From Pirellulaceae bacterium (GTDB lineage: Bacteria; Planctomycetota; Planctomycetia; Pirellulales; Pirellulaceae), in the NCBI GenBank assembly GCA_030744725.1, contig JASLPZ010000001.1:18882-82881 (forward strand): a stretch of DNA of 64,000 bases, read 5' to 3'. Position numbers and translations under genes: made by a program. Under the pieces are notes generated by a model, which made no database searches, was not told where the DNA came from, and saw nothing but the letters and a program-made list of their open reading frames with translations. Shown piece by piece: positions 39,359 to 48,040 of this stretch (position 1 is its first letter; every line of letters begins with the position of its first letter).

Positions 39359-42286
39359 ATGTCCGCGGAGAACTCAGCAGCGTCGCGCCATGCGGACTTG
39401 CTGCAACCAACCGGCAAACAGTACGTGCGTGCCGTCGGGCCACGACTACGGATTCTGCTCTATGTCGTCTTCGCACTGGTGGCTGTCATTGGTGCGAACT
39501 CGGTGTTCTTGGCTGCAGTAACGGGGCTCGAATGGGTCAGCCAGCGTTGGGGCGACGGAGTAACTTACCAAAACCACTTTTATCTCAGCATGTTCATGCT
39601 GCATTTGGCGCTGGGCCTGCTGCTGGTCGTGCCCTTCCTGGTGTTTGGCACCGTTCACATGCTGGCGTCCAGGAATCGTCGCAATCAGCGTGCCGTGCGA
39701 ATTGGCTATTTCCTATTCGGCATGGGCATCGTGGTGCTCGTCACAGGGATCCTGCTGGTACGGATTGAAGGCTTCTTCGATCTCAAACAGCCTGCCGCAC
39801 GTTCGCTGGTCTATTGGTGCCACGTGATCGCGCCGCTTTCAGCAATGTGGCTGTATTGGCTGCACCGACTGGCTGGGCCACGGATCAAATGGCGTGTGGG
39901 ACTGGCCTACGGCGCCGTCGTTGGCATGATCGTGCTATTGATGGTCATCGTCCAAGCCCAGGATCCAAGGCAGTGGTATGCCGTGGGTCCCAAGGAAGGA
40001 GCACAGTATTTCGAACCGTCGCTGGCGCGCACCGGCACAGGTGATTTCATCCCGGCCAAGACGATGATGATGGACGATTACTGTAAGAAATGTCACTCGG
40101 ACATTTACGATGGGTGGTTCCATAGCGTGCACCACATTAGCTCGTTCAATAATCCTGCCTATTTGGCGAGCGTTCGGGAGACGCGTCAAGTTGCTTTGAA
40201 ACGCGACGGCAATCTGAAGGCGGCACGGTGGTGCGCTGGCTGCCACGATCCCGTCCCGTTTTTTAGCGGTGCCTTCGACGATCCGAACTACGATGATGTA
40301 AACGACCCCACGGCGCACGCGGGCATTACCTGTACCACGTGCCACGCGATCACCAATATCAACAGCACGCGTGGCAATGCCGACTATACGATTGAAGAGC
40401 CGCTCCACTATCCGTTTGCTTCCAGTCAAAACACGCTGTTGCAGTTCATCAACAATACAGTTGTCAAGGCGAAACCTTCGTTCCACAAGCAGACTTTTCT
40501 CAAGCCGTTCCACAAAACGGCCGAGTTCTGTTCGACATGCCACAAAGTCCATCTGCCGAAGGAGCTGACACAGTACAAGGAGTTTCTCCGTGGCCAAAAC
40601 CACTACGACCCCTATTTGCTCAGCGGAGTCTCGGGCCACGGTGCACGCAGCTTTTATTATCCGCCCCAGGCGCAAACCAATTGCAACGGTTGCCACATGC
40701 CCCTGGCGGCATCCAAAGACTTTGGGGCCAAGAACTTCCCCGGCGCGGACCAGCCCAGCGTGCACAGCCATCTGTTTCCCAGCGCCAATACCGCGATGGC
40801 GTGGCTTCGCAATGAGCCGGATGTGATTGAAGCGCATCGAGACTTCAATGAGGGTGTGATGCGTGTCGACATTTTCGGAATCAAAGAAGGCGGCACCATC
40901 GATGGCCAATTGCACGCTCCGCTCCGGCCTACCGTCCCCGCGTTAAAGCCCGGCGGATCGTACTTGTTGGAGACCGTGATTCGCACCTTGAAGATGGGGC
41001 ACCTCTTTACCCAAGGCACGGTCGATTCGAATGAAATCTGGTTGGATGTCGAGGTTACCAGTGGCAAACGGGTGATTGGCCGCAGTGGCGGACGGGACGC
41101 GGCCAGCGAAGTTGACCCTTGGTCGCACTTTGTCAATGCTTACGTGCTGGACAAGAACGGCAATCGGATCGACCGTCGCAACGCGGCGGACATTTTTGTG
41201 CCGCTCTACAATCATCAGATTCCGCCAGGTGCCGCACAGGTGGCCCATTATGCATTGGAGGTGCCGCGGGACGTTACCAAACCGATCACCGTTAAACTGA
41301 AGCTGAACTACCGCAAGTTCGACAAGCAGTTTACGGACTTCATGACTCGTACGGCCAAGCCGGGTGATAAGCCGATTCGCGGACACCGTGTGGGACAGCC
41401 GTATATGAATCAGTTGCCCATGATGGTTCTGGCCGAGGACACGATGACGTTTCCTATCTCGGGAATCGCAGAAGAGGTGGAGGCCGGCGATCGGGGAATT
41501 CCCGCTTGGCAACGTTGGAATGACTACGGCATCGGCTTGTTTCTCGAGGGCAAGGCCGAATTGCGACAGGCCGCTGATGCATTCGCTCAGGTCGAGTCGT
41601 TGGGGCAGTACCATGGGCCGCTCAATGCCGCCCGCGTCTTGCATCGTGAAGGTCGTCTTGACGAAGCCGTCGGTGCCATCGAGAGGGCTGCGAAGTTCAA
41701 CGATCCGCCGGCACCGCCCTGGACCATGGCTTGGCTGAGCGGGTTAGTGAATCGCGAGCAAGGCTATTTGGCCGAGGCGGCTACTAGTTTTCGCAGTGTC
41801 TTGGACACGAGGGTCCCTGATCGTGATTTCGATTTTAGTTTGGATTACCAGGTCATCAATCTGTTGGGCATGACGTTGTTCGATCAAGCCAACCAGCAAA
41901 ACGGTCCAGACCGACGTGATGTAAAGGACGCACTTCTGCGGCAGGCTGTCGAGCAATTTGAGAAGACGCTGCGGATTGACGCGGAAAATGTCACCGCGCA
42001 TTACAACTTGGCGCTGCTCTACACGCGGCTTGATGACCAGCAGCGCGCCGCGAAACATCGGCGCGATCATGCCCGCTACAAATCTGATGACAATGCGGGT
42101 GACCAGGCCGTCACCCTCGCTCGGCAGAAAAGCGCAGCGGCAGACCACGCCGCAGAATCGCTGGTGATTTACTCTTTGCATCGCGCTGGTGCCCCAGAAT
42201 CTGGTGCCCCAGAATTGCCTAACGCGGCAGTGCCGCGGCCAAATAGGGAACGTGCCCGTCTTGGGCACGCTCCCGTTGGTCGCTAA
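39359..42286 (+). CDS. membrane-anchored pentaheme c-type cytochrome with C-terminal TPR region
   Basis: ATG 39359 is preceded by AAAGGAG. There are about five N-terminal hydrophobic helices carrying conserved-looking His residues. Five CxxCH motifs are present (CKKCH, CAGCH, CTTCH, CSTCH, CNGCH; DNA 40082..40696). The C-terminal tail has TPR-like repeats (NVTAHYNLALLY...). Confidence 0.8.
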   Translation: MSAENSAASRHADLLQPTGKQYVRAVGPRLRILLYVVFALVAVIGANSVFLAAVTGLEWVSQRWGDGVTYQNHFYLSMFMLHLALGLLLVVPFLVFGTVHMLASRNRRNQRAVRIGYFLFGMGIVVLVTGILLVRIEGFFDLKQPAARSLVYWCHVIAPLSAMWLYWLHRLAGPRIKWRVGLAYGAVVGMIVLLMVIVQAQDPRQWYAVGPKEGAQYFEPSLARTGTGDFIPAKTMMMDDYCKKCHSDIYDGWFHSVHHISSFNNPAYLASVRETRQVALKRDGNLKAARWCAGCHDPVPFFSGAFDDPNYDDVNDPTAHAGITCTTCHAITNINSTRGNADYTIEEPLHYPFASSQNTLLQFINNTVVKAKPSFHKQTFLKPFHKTAEFCSTCHKVHLPKELTQYKEFLRGQNHYDPYLLSGVSGHGARSFYYPPQAQTNCNGCHMPLAASKDFGAKNFPGADQPSVHSHLFPSANTAMAWLRNEPDVIEAHRDFNEGVMRVDIFGIKEGGTIDGQLHAPLRPTVPALKPGGSYLLETVIRTLKMGHLFTQGTVDSNEIWLDVEVTSGKRVIGRSGGRDAASEVDPWSHFVNAYVLDKNGNRIDRRNAADIFVPLYNHQIPPGAAQVAHYALEVPRDVTKPITVKLKLNYRKFDKQFTDFMTRTAKPGDKPIRGHRVGQPYMNQLPMMVLAEDTMTFPISGIAEEVEAGDRGIPAWQRWNDYGIGLFLEGKAELRQAADAFAQVESLGQYHGPLNAARVLHREGRLDEAVGAIERAAKFNDPPAPPWTMAWLSGLVNREQGYLAEAATSFRSVLDTRVPDRDFDFSLDYQVINLLGMTLFDQANQQNGPDRRDVKDALLRQAVEQFEKTLRIDAENVTAHYNLALLYTRLDDQQRAAKHRRDHARYKSDDNAGDQAVTLARQKSAAADHAAESLVIYSLHRAGAPESGAPELPNAAVPRPNRERARLGHAPVGR

Positions 42287-42310
42287 GACTCGACTCAAAT
42301 ACGACAAGTC

Positions 42311-42331
42311 TCCGACCATAAGGAGACTAAC
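42311..42331 (+). repeat. 21-nt intercistronic motif TCCGACCATAAGGAGACTAAC, copy 2
   Basis: Identical to 32736..32756. It lies 25 nt after the cytochrome gene stop and 41 nt before the next ATG. Here GTCTCC...GGAGAC can pair as a 6-bp hairpin. Confidence 0.8.
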
Positions 42332-42372
42332 AACTAGTCGCCGGTTGATTCACCGGAAACGGAGACCAAGCC

Positions 42373-44235
42373 ATGAAGAAGCCACCTCCCAAAGATCAAA
42401 TATCGACTGATACCGGCCAATTCGATGAGGCGCATGATGACGCAGTCATCGGCGTGGCGCTCCGCGCGTCGCTACTGGTGATTGTCGTGCTGATCGCCAT
42501 CGGCGGAGCGATCGCATACTGGCTGACGCAACCGAAGCCCCATCCAGTCGAGGTCAAGACGATTGTATCGATGCCGAAGATCCGTTCACGGCCACCCGCC
42601 GAAGCACCGGAGGTGAAGTTTATCGATATCACGAAGGCAGCAGGGATCGACTTCATCCACGAGAACGGCGCGTACGGCGACAAGCTACTCCCGGAAACAA
42701 TGGGCGGCGGCGGCGGATTTCTGGACTACGACTCCGATGGCGACCAAGACATTCTGCTCGTCAACGCAACGCGTTGGCCATGGGATCCACGGTCTCCGGT
42801 GAAATCCACCTCAATGAAGCTTTTTCGCAATGACGGCACCGGACAGTTCGACGACGTGACCATCGATGTCGGCTTAGATGTTTCGTTCTATGGTATGGGT
42901 TGCGCCTTCGGTGATTTTGATAACGACGGTGATACTGATCTGTTTATTTCTGTGGTGGGGCCGAACAAACTGTTTCGCAATGATCAAGGCAAGTTCACCG
43001 ATATCACGGACACAGCGAATGTTTCCGGAGACGATTCGGCCTGGGGAAGTAGCTGCGCGTGGCTCGACTACAACAACGATAGTCGGCTGGACCTGTTCGT
43101 TTGCAACTACGTACAGTGGTCGAAAGAGACCGACCTCAGCCAGAACTTTCAGCTGACTGGCGTGGGCCGCGCCTACGGCCCTCCAACTGCCTTCGAAGGG
43201 ACCTTTCCTTGTTTGTACCGAAATGATGGCGACGGGCAATTCACCGATGTCTCGGCGACGGCAGGGATCCAAGTAAAGAACCCGGCGACGGGCGTCCCCA
43301 TGGCCAAGTCGATGGGTGTGGCCACGATTGATCTGGATCGAGATGGCTGGATGGATCTCATCGTTTCCAACGACACCGTGCAGAACTTCCTCTTTCACAA
43401 TCAACACGACGGCACTTTTCACGAAGTCGGGAGTATTGCAGGAATTGGTTTTGACTCTGCCGGAAACGCCCGCGGCGCCATGGGAATCGACGTCAGTTAT
43501 TTTCGCAACGACAAGACCCTGGGTGTGGCGATTGGGAACTTCGCCAACGAAATGACTTCGCTGTATTGTGCCAATGAGGATCCGCTACAGTTTGTAGACG
43601 CCGCCATCTCCACTGGACTCGGGCCTGCCACGCGACTGGAATTGACATTCGGCTTGTTCTTTTTTGATTACGACTTGGATGGCCGTTTGGATCTCTTGGC
43701 AGCCAACGGCCATCTGGAGGACGAGATCAACAAGGTGCAAGCAAGCCAGCATTACGAGCAGCCACCGCAGCTGTTCTGGAATTGTGGTCCTGACACGAGG
43801 ACCGAATTCCAGAAGGTTGATGCTGACAAGTGCGGCCCCGATTTCGCGCGGCGGATGGTCGGCCGTGGTGCCGCATACGCAGACATTGATGAAGACGGCG
43901 ACTTGGACGTGCTGTTGCTTCAAGTCGGCGGACCACCCCGACTCCTGCGAAACGATCAGCAGCAAGAGCATCACTGGTCGCGGATTCGGCTTGTTGGAAC
44001 GCGATGCAACGTCGACGCGATTGGCGCTTGGATCGAAGTCACGTGCGGCGAACAGACATTTCGACGTCAAGTTGCACCAACGCGCAGCTACCTGTCGCAA
44101 TGTGAATTGCCCGTGACATTCGGACTCGGAACGCATGACGCGATCGAACGTATCGTCGTGCACTGGCCAGATCGCTCGACCCAGGTGTTGAACCAAGTGG
44201 CCGTCGATCAGAACATTGAAATCTCGCAAGATTAG
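42373..44235 (+). CDS. CRTAC1-like protein (FG-GAP repeats + ASPIC/UnbV domain)
   Basis: 620 aa with an N-terminal TM/signal anchor. FG-GAP blades are present: FLDYDSDGDQDILLV, FGDFDNDGDTDLFI, WLDYNNDSRLDLFV, DLDRDGWMDLIV, DYDLDGRLDLLA, ADIDEDGDLDVLL. The C-terminal ASPIC/UnbV block is HHWSRIRLVG...AIGAWIEV...SYLSQCELPVTFGLG. Confidence 0.85.
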   Translation: MKKPPPKDQISTDTGQFDEAHDDAVIGVALRASLLVIVVLIAIGGAIAYWLTQPKPHPVEVKTIVSMPKIRSRPPAEAPEVKFIDITKAAGIDFIHENGAYGDKLLPETMGGGGGFLDYDSDGDQDILLVNATRWPWDPRSPVKSTSMKLFRNDGTGQFDDVTIDVGLDVSFYGMGCAFGDFDNDGDTDLFISVVGPNKLFRNDQGKFTDITDTANVSGDDSAWGSSCAWLDYNNDSRLDLFVCNYVQWSKETDLSQNFQLTGVGRAYGPPTAFEGTFPCLYRNDGDGQFTDVSATAGIQVKNPATGVPMAKSMGVATIDLDRDGWMDLIVSNDTVQNFLFHNQHDGTFHEVGSIAGIGFDSAGNARGAMGIDVSYFRNDKTLGVAIGNFANEMTSLYCANEDPLQFVDAAISTGLGPATRLELTFGLFFFDYDLDGRLDLLAANGHLEDEINKVQASQHYEQPPQLFWNCGPDTRTEFQKVDADKCGPDFARRMVGRGAAYADIDEDGDLDVLLLQVGGPPRLLRNDQQQEHHWSRIRLVGTRCNVDAIGAWIEVTCGEQTFRRQVAPTRSYLSQCELPVTFGLGTHDAIERIVVHWPDRSTQVLNQVAVDQNIEISQD

Positions 44236-44462
44236 GTCCAACAACGCCTGCCAACATGACAACTAGCCGCGATTTACAGGGCACTACGAAATCGTGATGC
44301 GATTTTTCGTGCACAAAACGGACGCAAACGCCGACTTACCTGGTTGCGCGTAAAGAGAGAAGGCAAAGGCCAGGAAGGGACTATCTGTTGCGTACCGTTT
44401 CAAAGTGGCCATAATGACGGGTGGTCTCGAACACCCGCAGCTCTTCCCAAGAAAGCAATACC

Positions 44463-46868
44463 ATGCGACAACGCGATGTCATCTTCGTGTTAGTGATTGT
44501 TTTCATCTCCGCTCCTTGCATGTTCGCGCAGGAGTCCACAATCCAAGTCGCCCCGTCGAGCGGCAGCAGTGTGAAGACTGTCATCGTTGGCCCAGATGGC
44601 AAACCGATGGTGGTTCCGAGTGGCACGCCAACCCCCAGAGGTGCCCCGCCGGCGCGTTCGGGAAGACCAACCCCACCCAAGAAAGAGGGCGACGAGAGCA
44701 AGAAGAAGAAGAAAGCTGACGAAGACAAGGCGAAGAAGGGAAAGGAAGAGGAGCCGAAAGTCCTCACGCGTCCTGACAAACCACCGATGCCAGCGAACCC
44801 TGACGAGCTAAACGCCAAGCCGAACGGTGACGGCTTGATCAAGTTTAACTTTCGCTATCAAACGTGGCCCGATGTGCTTGACTGGTTGGCCACCATTTCA
44901 AGAATGAGCCTTGACTGGCAAGAGCTGCCCAAAGACTTCTTGAATCTGACAACACAGCGCGAATACACCGTTGTGGAAACGCGAGACCTGATCAATCGGC
45001 ATTTGCTTGCGCGTGGATTTACGCTGTTGGAAAATGGTGATGTTCTCTCAGTGGTCGCCATTGCAAAATTGAATCCTGCCATGGTGCCGAGAATCCAGGC
45101 AGACGATCTCGATCAATTTGCCACCGAACAACCATATAAGTTCGTCAAAGTCTCGTTCTCGTTGGATTGGCTGCTGGCCGAGGAGTCGGCCGAAGAACTC
45201 CAACCGATGCTCAGTCCAAATGGAAAACTGGTTGCCCTGAGAAACACCAATCGGCTCGAAGGGATGGACGCGGCAATCAACTTGCGTGAAATCAATGCGC
45301 TGCTCAAACAAGAACAGTCCAACAGCGGCGAGAGCCCTTTGGTCGAGGAGTTCGTTCTGCTCCACGCCCGCGCTTCGGACGTGTTGCCCGAACTCGAAAC
45401 ACTGCTTGGATTGCAAGCCAAAAAGGCACCGGCAGCTCCGCTGTCCTCCAGTCAGATGCGCGCGTTGCAGCAACAGCAACAGCAGATGGCTCAACAAATG
45501 GCACAGCGAGGTGGTCAAAAAACGCCGCCCGCGGCCAAAAAAGAAGCGCCCGTGAATCTGGTGGTGAACAAGCGCAAGAACAGTATTCTAGCACATGCGC
45601 CGCCGGACAAGATGGCCATCATTTCACAGGCCATCTTAGCATTGGATGTCAGACCGGATCGAACTGACTCGCTGTTGGCGAAACCCAATCAAATGGAAAT
45701 CTATCGACTGAACAACGTGGACCCGACGGCGCTCGCCAGGACATTGGAAGACTTGGGCGACCTTGAACCAAATACGCATTTGGATGTGGACGAGAAAAAC
45801 AACGCATTAATCGTCTACGGCTCGCTCGTTGACCAGGCGACGATCCGCCAGTTGGTACAACGACTTGACGGAAATAGCCGCCATTTCGAAGTCATCCGTT
45901 TGCGACGACTGGCTGCGGACTATGTGGCAGGCACCGTCGAATTCATGATGGTTGGAGAAGAAGAGAAGCAGGGGCAATCTAGCTACTACGATTACTATTC
46001 CAGTCGGTACGGCAGACAGGAGAAAGAAGATACCAATAACGACGAGTTTCGCGTTGATGCGGACATACAAAACAACATGTTGCTGTTATGGGCAAACGAA
46101 CAGGAAGTCGAAGCCGTCATGCAACTTTTGGTAAAGCTGGGTGAATTGCCGCCACAAGGTGGCAATCCGGAAAAGGTCCGCGTACTCTCGACCATCGCTC
46201 CCGAAGACGCGGCCGAGTTCCTGGATAACCTCAGGCGTGCCTGGCCATCGCTGTTGCCAAACGAACTGAACCTCCCGGATCTCCCCGAGCCGAAAGAACA
46301 AACACCAGGCGAACAAGAGTCTGATCAGCCGAATTCGTCGTCACCGGCGGCCTCGAAGGAAGTGCACACGGCACCCAGCCAACCTCGCAGTAAGTTGCTC
46401 GAAGTTGCCCTGCTGAGCCCAGCCGCACCGGACGATGCGGCCGCGGCAAAAGACCCAGTGGCAAAAGACCCAGAGACCAAAGACCCAGAGACCAAAGACC
46501 CAGAGACCAAAGACCCAGAGACCAAAGACCCAGAGACCAAAGACCCAGTGGCAAAGACTCCGGTGGCTGAGAATCCAGCAAAACAAGACTCTCCGAAACA
46601 GGCACCAGCGAATGAATCCGCCGACCCACCCGCATCACCCTCAACTGCACCAAAAGCGGTGTCTCCCGAAACCGCTCCCAAATTACCAGCTGTGCCAACA
46701 GAACCATCCAACGAAGAGCTGCTGCAACGATTCCTTGCCCAGCGCGAAAAAAAGCAAAATGCCACACCGCCGCCGATCAATATGTCGTTCGCACCCGATG
46801 GCAGCTTGGTGATCACGTCAGAGGACACCGCCGCTCTAGGCCGCGCCAAAGTTGGCATTTCCTGGTGA
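44463..46868 (+). CDS. secretin N-domain (NolW-like) protein lacking a recognisable C-terminal secretin barrel; possibly truncated
   Basis: The start is placed at MRQRDVIFVLVIVFISAPCMFAQ (signal peptide). It has an N0-like block (IKFNFRYQTWPDVLDWLATISRMSLDW) and NolW-like blocks (VNLVVNKRKNSILAHAPPDKMAIISQAILALD; EKNNALIVYGSLVDQATIRQLVQRLD). The Pro/Ala/Lys/Glu-rich tail carries a KDPET tandem repeat. The ORF ends right after a new domain-like start (GSLVITSEDTAAL). Confidence 0.65.
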   Translation: MRQRDVIFVLVIVFISAPCMFAQESTIQVAPSSGSSVKTVIVGPDGKPMVVPSGTPTPRGAPPARSGRPTPPKKEGDESKKKKKADEDKAKKGKEEEPKVLTRPDKPPMPANPDELNAKPNGDGLIKFNFRYQTWPDVLDWLATISRMSLDWQELPKDFLNLTTQREYTVVETRDLINRHLLARGFTLLENGDVLSVVAIAKLNPAMVPRIQADDLDQFATEQPYKFVKVSFSLDWLLAEESAEELQPMLSPNGKLVALRNTNRLEGMDAAINLREINALLKQEQSNSGESPLVEEFVLLHARASDVLPELETLLGLQAKKAPAAPLSSSQMRALQQQQQQMAQQMAQRGGQKTPPAAKKEAPVNLVVNKRKNSILAHAPPDKMAIISQAILALDVRPDRTDSLLAKPNQMEIYRLNNVDPTALARTLEDLGDLEPNTHLDVDEKNNALIVYGSLVDQATIRQLVQRLDGNSRHFEVIRLRRLAADYVAGTVEFMMVGEEEKQGQSSYYDYYSSRYGRQEKEDTNNDEFRVDADIQNNMLLLWANEQEVEAVMQLLVKLGELPPQGGNPEKVRVLSTIAPEDAAEFLDNLRRAWPSLLPNELNLPDLPEPKEQTPGEQESDQPNSSSPAASKEVHTAPSQPRSKLLEVALLSPAAPDDAAAAKDPVAKDPETKDPETKDPETKDPETKDPETKDPVAKTPVAENPAKQDSPKQAPANESADPPASPSTAPKAVSPETAPKLPAVPTEPSNEELLQRFLAQREKKQNATPPPINMSFAPDGSLVITSEDTAALGRAKVGISW
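46448..46567 (+). repeat. 15-bp coding tandem repeat (about 8 units; 5 perfect AAAGACCCAGAGACC = KDPET)
   Basis: Read directly: AAAGACCCAGTGGCA, then 5 x AAAGACCCAGAGACC (46463..46537), then AAAGACCCAGTGGCA and AAGACTCCGGTGGCT. Confidence 0.95.
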
Positions 46869-46894
46869 ACTGAGCTAGTTTTTGGAGGGCAGTT

Positions 46895-47281
46895 TTGTTT
46901 CACTGTTGCCAGTCAGTGAAAATCGTCTCCCAGGGATGGATCACGGAGGGTGTCAAGATTGCAACGCAAGAAGTGGCCTCGAAAGAGACGGCCAACGAAC
47001 GGAAGTATCGAAGTCCTAACCGCATCCTGGCTCGCTCGTTTCGGATCGGACGGGATAAGTGGAAGAGAAAGTACATGGACACGCGTGCTGATTTGAAACG
47101 CGCTCGAAAGCTGGCCGCGGAACGAGGTGATTCGCGAGATCGATGGCGTGCTGAATGTGATGCGGTCAAGGAGCAGGTTCGCGCGGCAGAAACGCTGGCA
47201 CAAGAACAGCTTCTTGAGTTGGAACAACTGCGAGCTCGTGAGTTGGAAGTAAAAAAAACTCTCTTCACTAACGCTAGCTGA
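46895..47281 (+). CDS. hypothetical coiled-coil ORF (possible N-terminal remnant of a transposase-like gene)
   Basis: 128 codons with a TTG start and no in-frame ATG until codon 61. It has lower GC and atypical codons (AAA AAA ACT CTC TTC ACT AAC). It is basic and coiled-coil rich (RSFRIGRDKWKRKY...SRDRWRAECD...), a pattern I associate with N-termini of some DDE transposases. The family is not verified, and coding status is uncertain. Confidence 0.3.
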   Translation: MFHCCQSVKIVSQGWITEGVKIATQEVASKETANERKYRSPNRILARSFRIGRDKWKRKYMDTRADLKRARKLAAERGDSRDRWRAECDAVKEQVRAAETLAQEQLLELEQLRARELEVKKTLFTNAS

Positions 47282-47896
47282 TACGCTCGACGAAGACGGT
47301 ATAACGCCAGCACGCAGTTCTACGCCGTTAACGATCATCGAAGTCAGTCAGCGGCTCGTCGTCCAAGCGGGTGTGGCGATGCGAGCCGTGCCTCGCGTGT
47401 TCGCGATCAGGGCGTCCGTTTCGTGCAGCTGTTCGATTGGGGATGGGATTTCCACGGTACCGGCGCTGGCACAGGTTTGGGAAAAGGCCTCAGAGACAAG
47501 TGCGCTACGATCGACAAGCCGATCTCGGCCCTCATCCGCGATCTCCGTCAGCGCGGGCTGCTGGCGGACACGCTCATCGTTTGGGGAGGTGAGTTCGGAC
47601 GCACACCATTCCGCGAAGGACGTACCGCCAAGAGCAAGGTTCTCGGACGAGACCACTACCCTGATTGCTTCACCATCTTCATGGCCGGCGGCGGAATCAA
47701 ACCCGGGTTCACCTACGGTGCCACCGACGAACTCGGCTTCTCGATCACCGAGAACCCCGTCACCGTCTACGATCTGCAGGCCACGATTCTCAACCAACTC
47801 GGACTCGATCACACAAAGCTGACCTACCGCTTTCAGGGCCGGGATTACCGTCTGACGGATGTCTTCGGCAACATCGTCAAGGACGTCTTGGCATAA
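47282..47896 (+). pseudogene. C-terminal relic (~200 codons) of a DUF1501 family gene
   Basis: 47423..47896 aligns with the C-termini of the intact DUF1501 proteins at 50516..51961 and 56141..57526 ([40 protein letters not shown]). Weak homology continues upstream to about 47312 in the same frame. The ~270 N-terminal codons, including the Tat signal, are absent. Confidence 0.8.
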
Positions 47897-48040
47897 TGTT
47901 TTGAGCCCGCGAGTTTACACACAACAGGCAACCTTGTGCATGATGGCAGAAACCCGATCATGATGGCAAAATCGCGGGTTGCCGTTTCATGCTTGCTGTT
48001 TTCCCACCCGAGGCGTATCCCCGCCCGAAACGTATGCCCC

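Noticed and set aside
46448-46567. Tandem repeat considered as a possible CRISPR-like array
   Set aside because: The units are 15 bp, directly adjacent with no spacers, in frame inside a coding region (KDPET), and there are no cas genes. It is a coding microsatellite, not a CRISPR array.
47279-47281. In-frame TGA between the coiled-coil ORF and the DUF1501 relic, considered as selenocysteine or programmed read-through
   Set aside because: The upstream part is unrelated to DUF1501 N-termini, no SECIS-like hairpin is evident just downstream, and DUF1501 proteins are not known selenoproteins. A chance shared frame (1 in 3) at a rearrangement junction is the simpler explanation.
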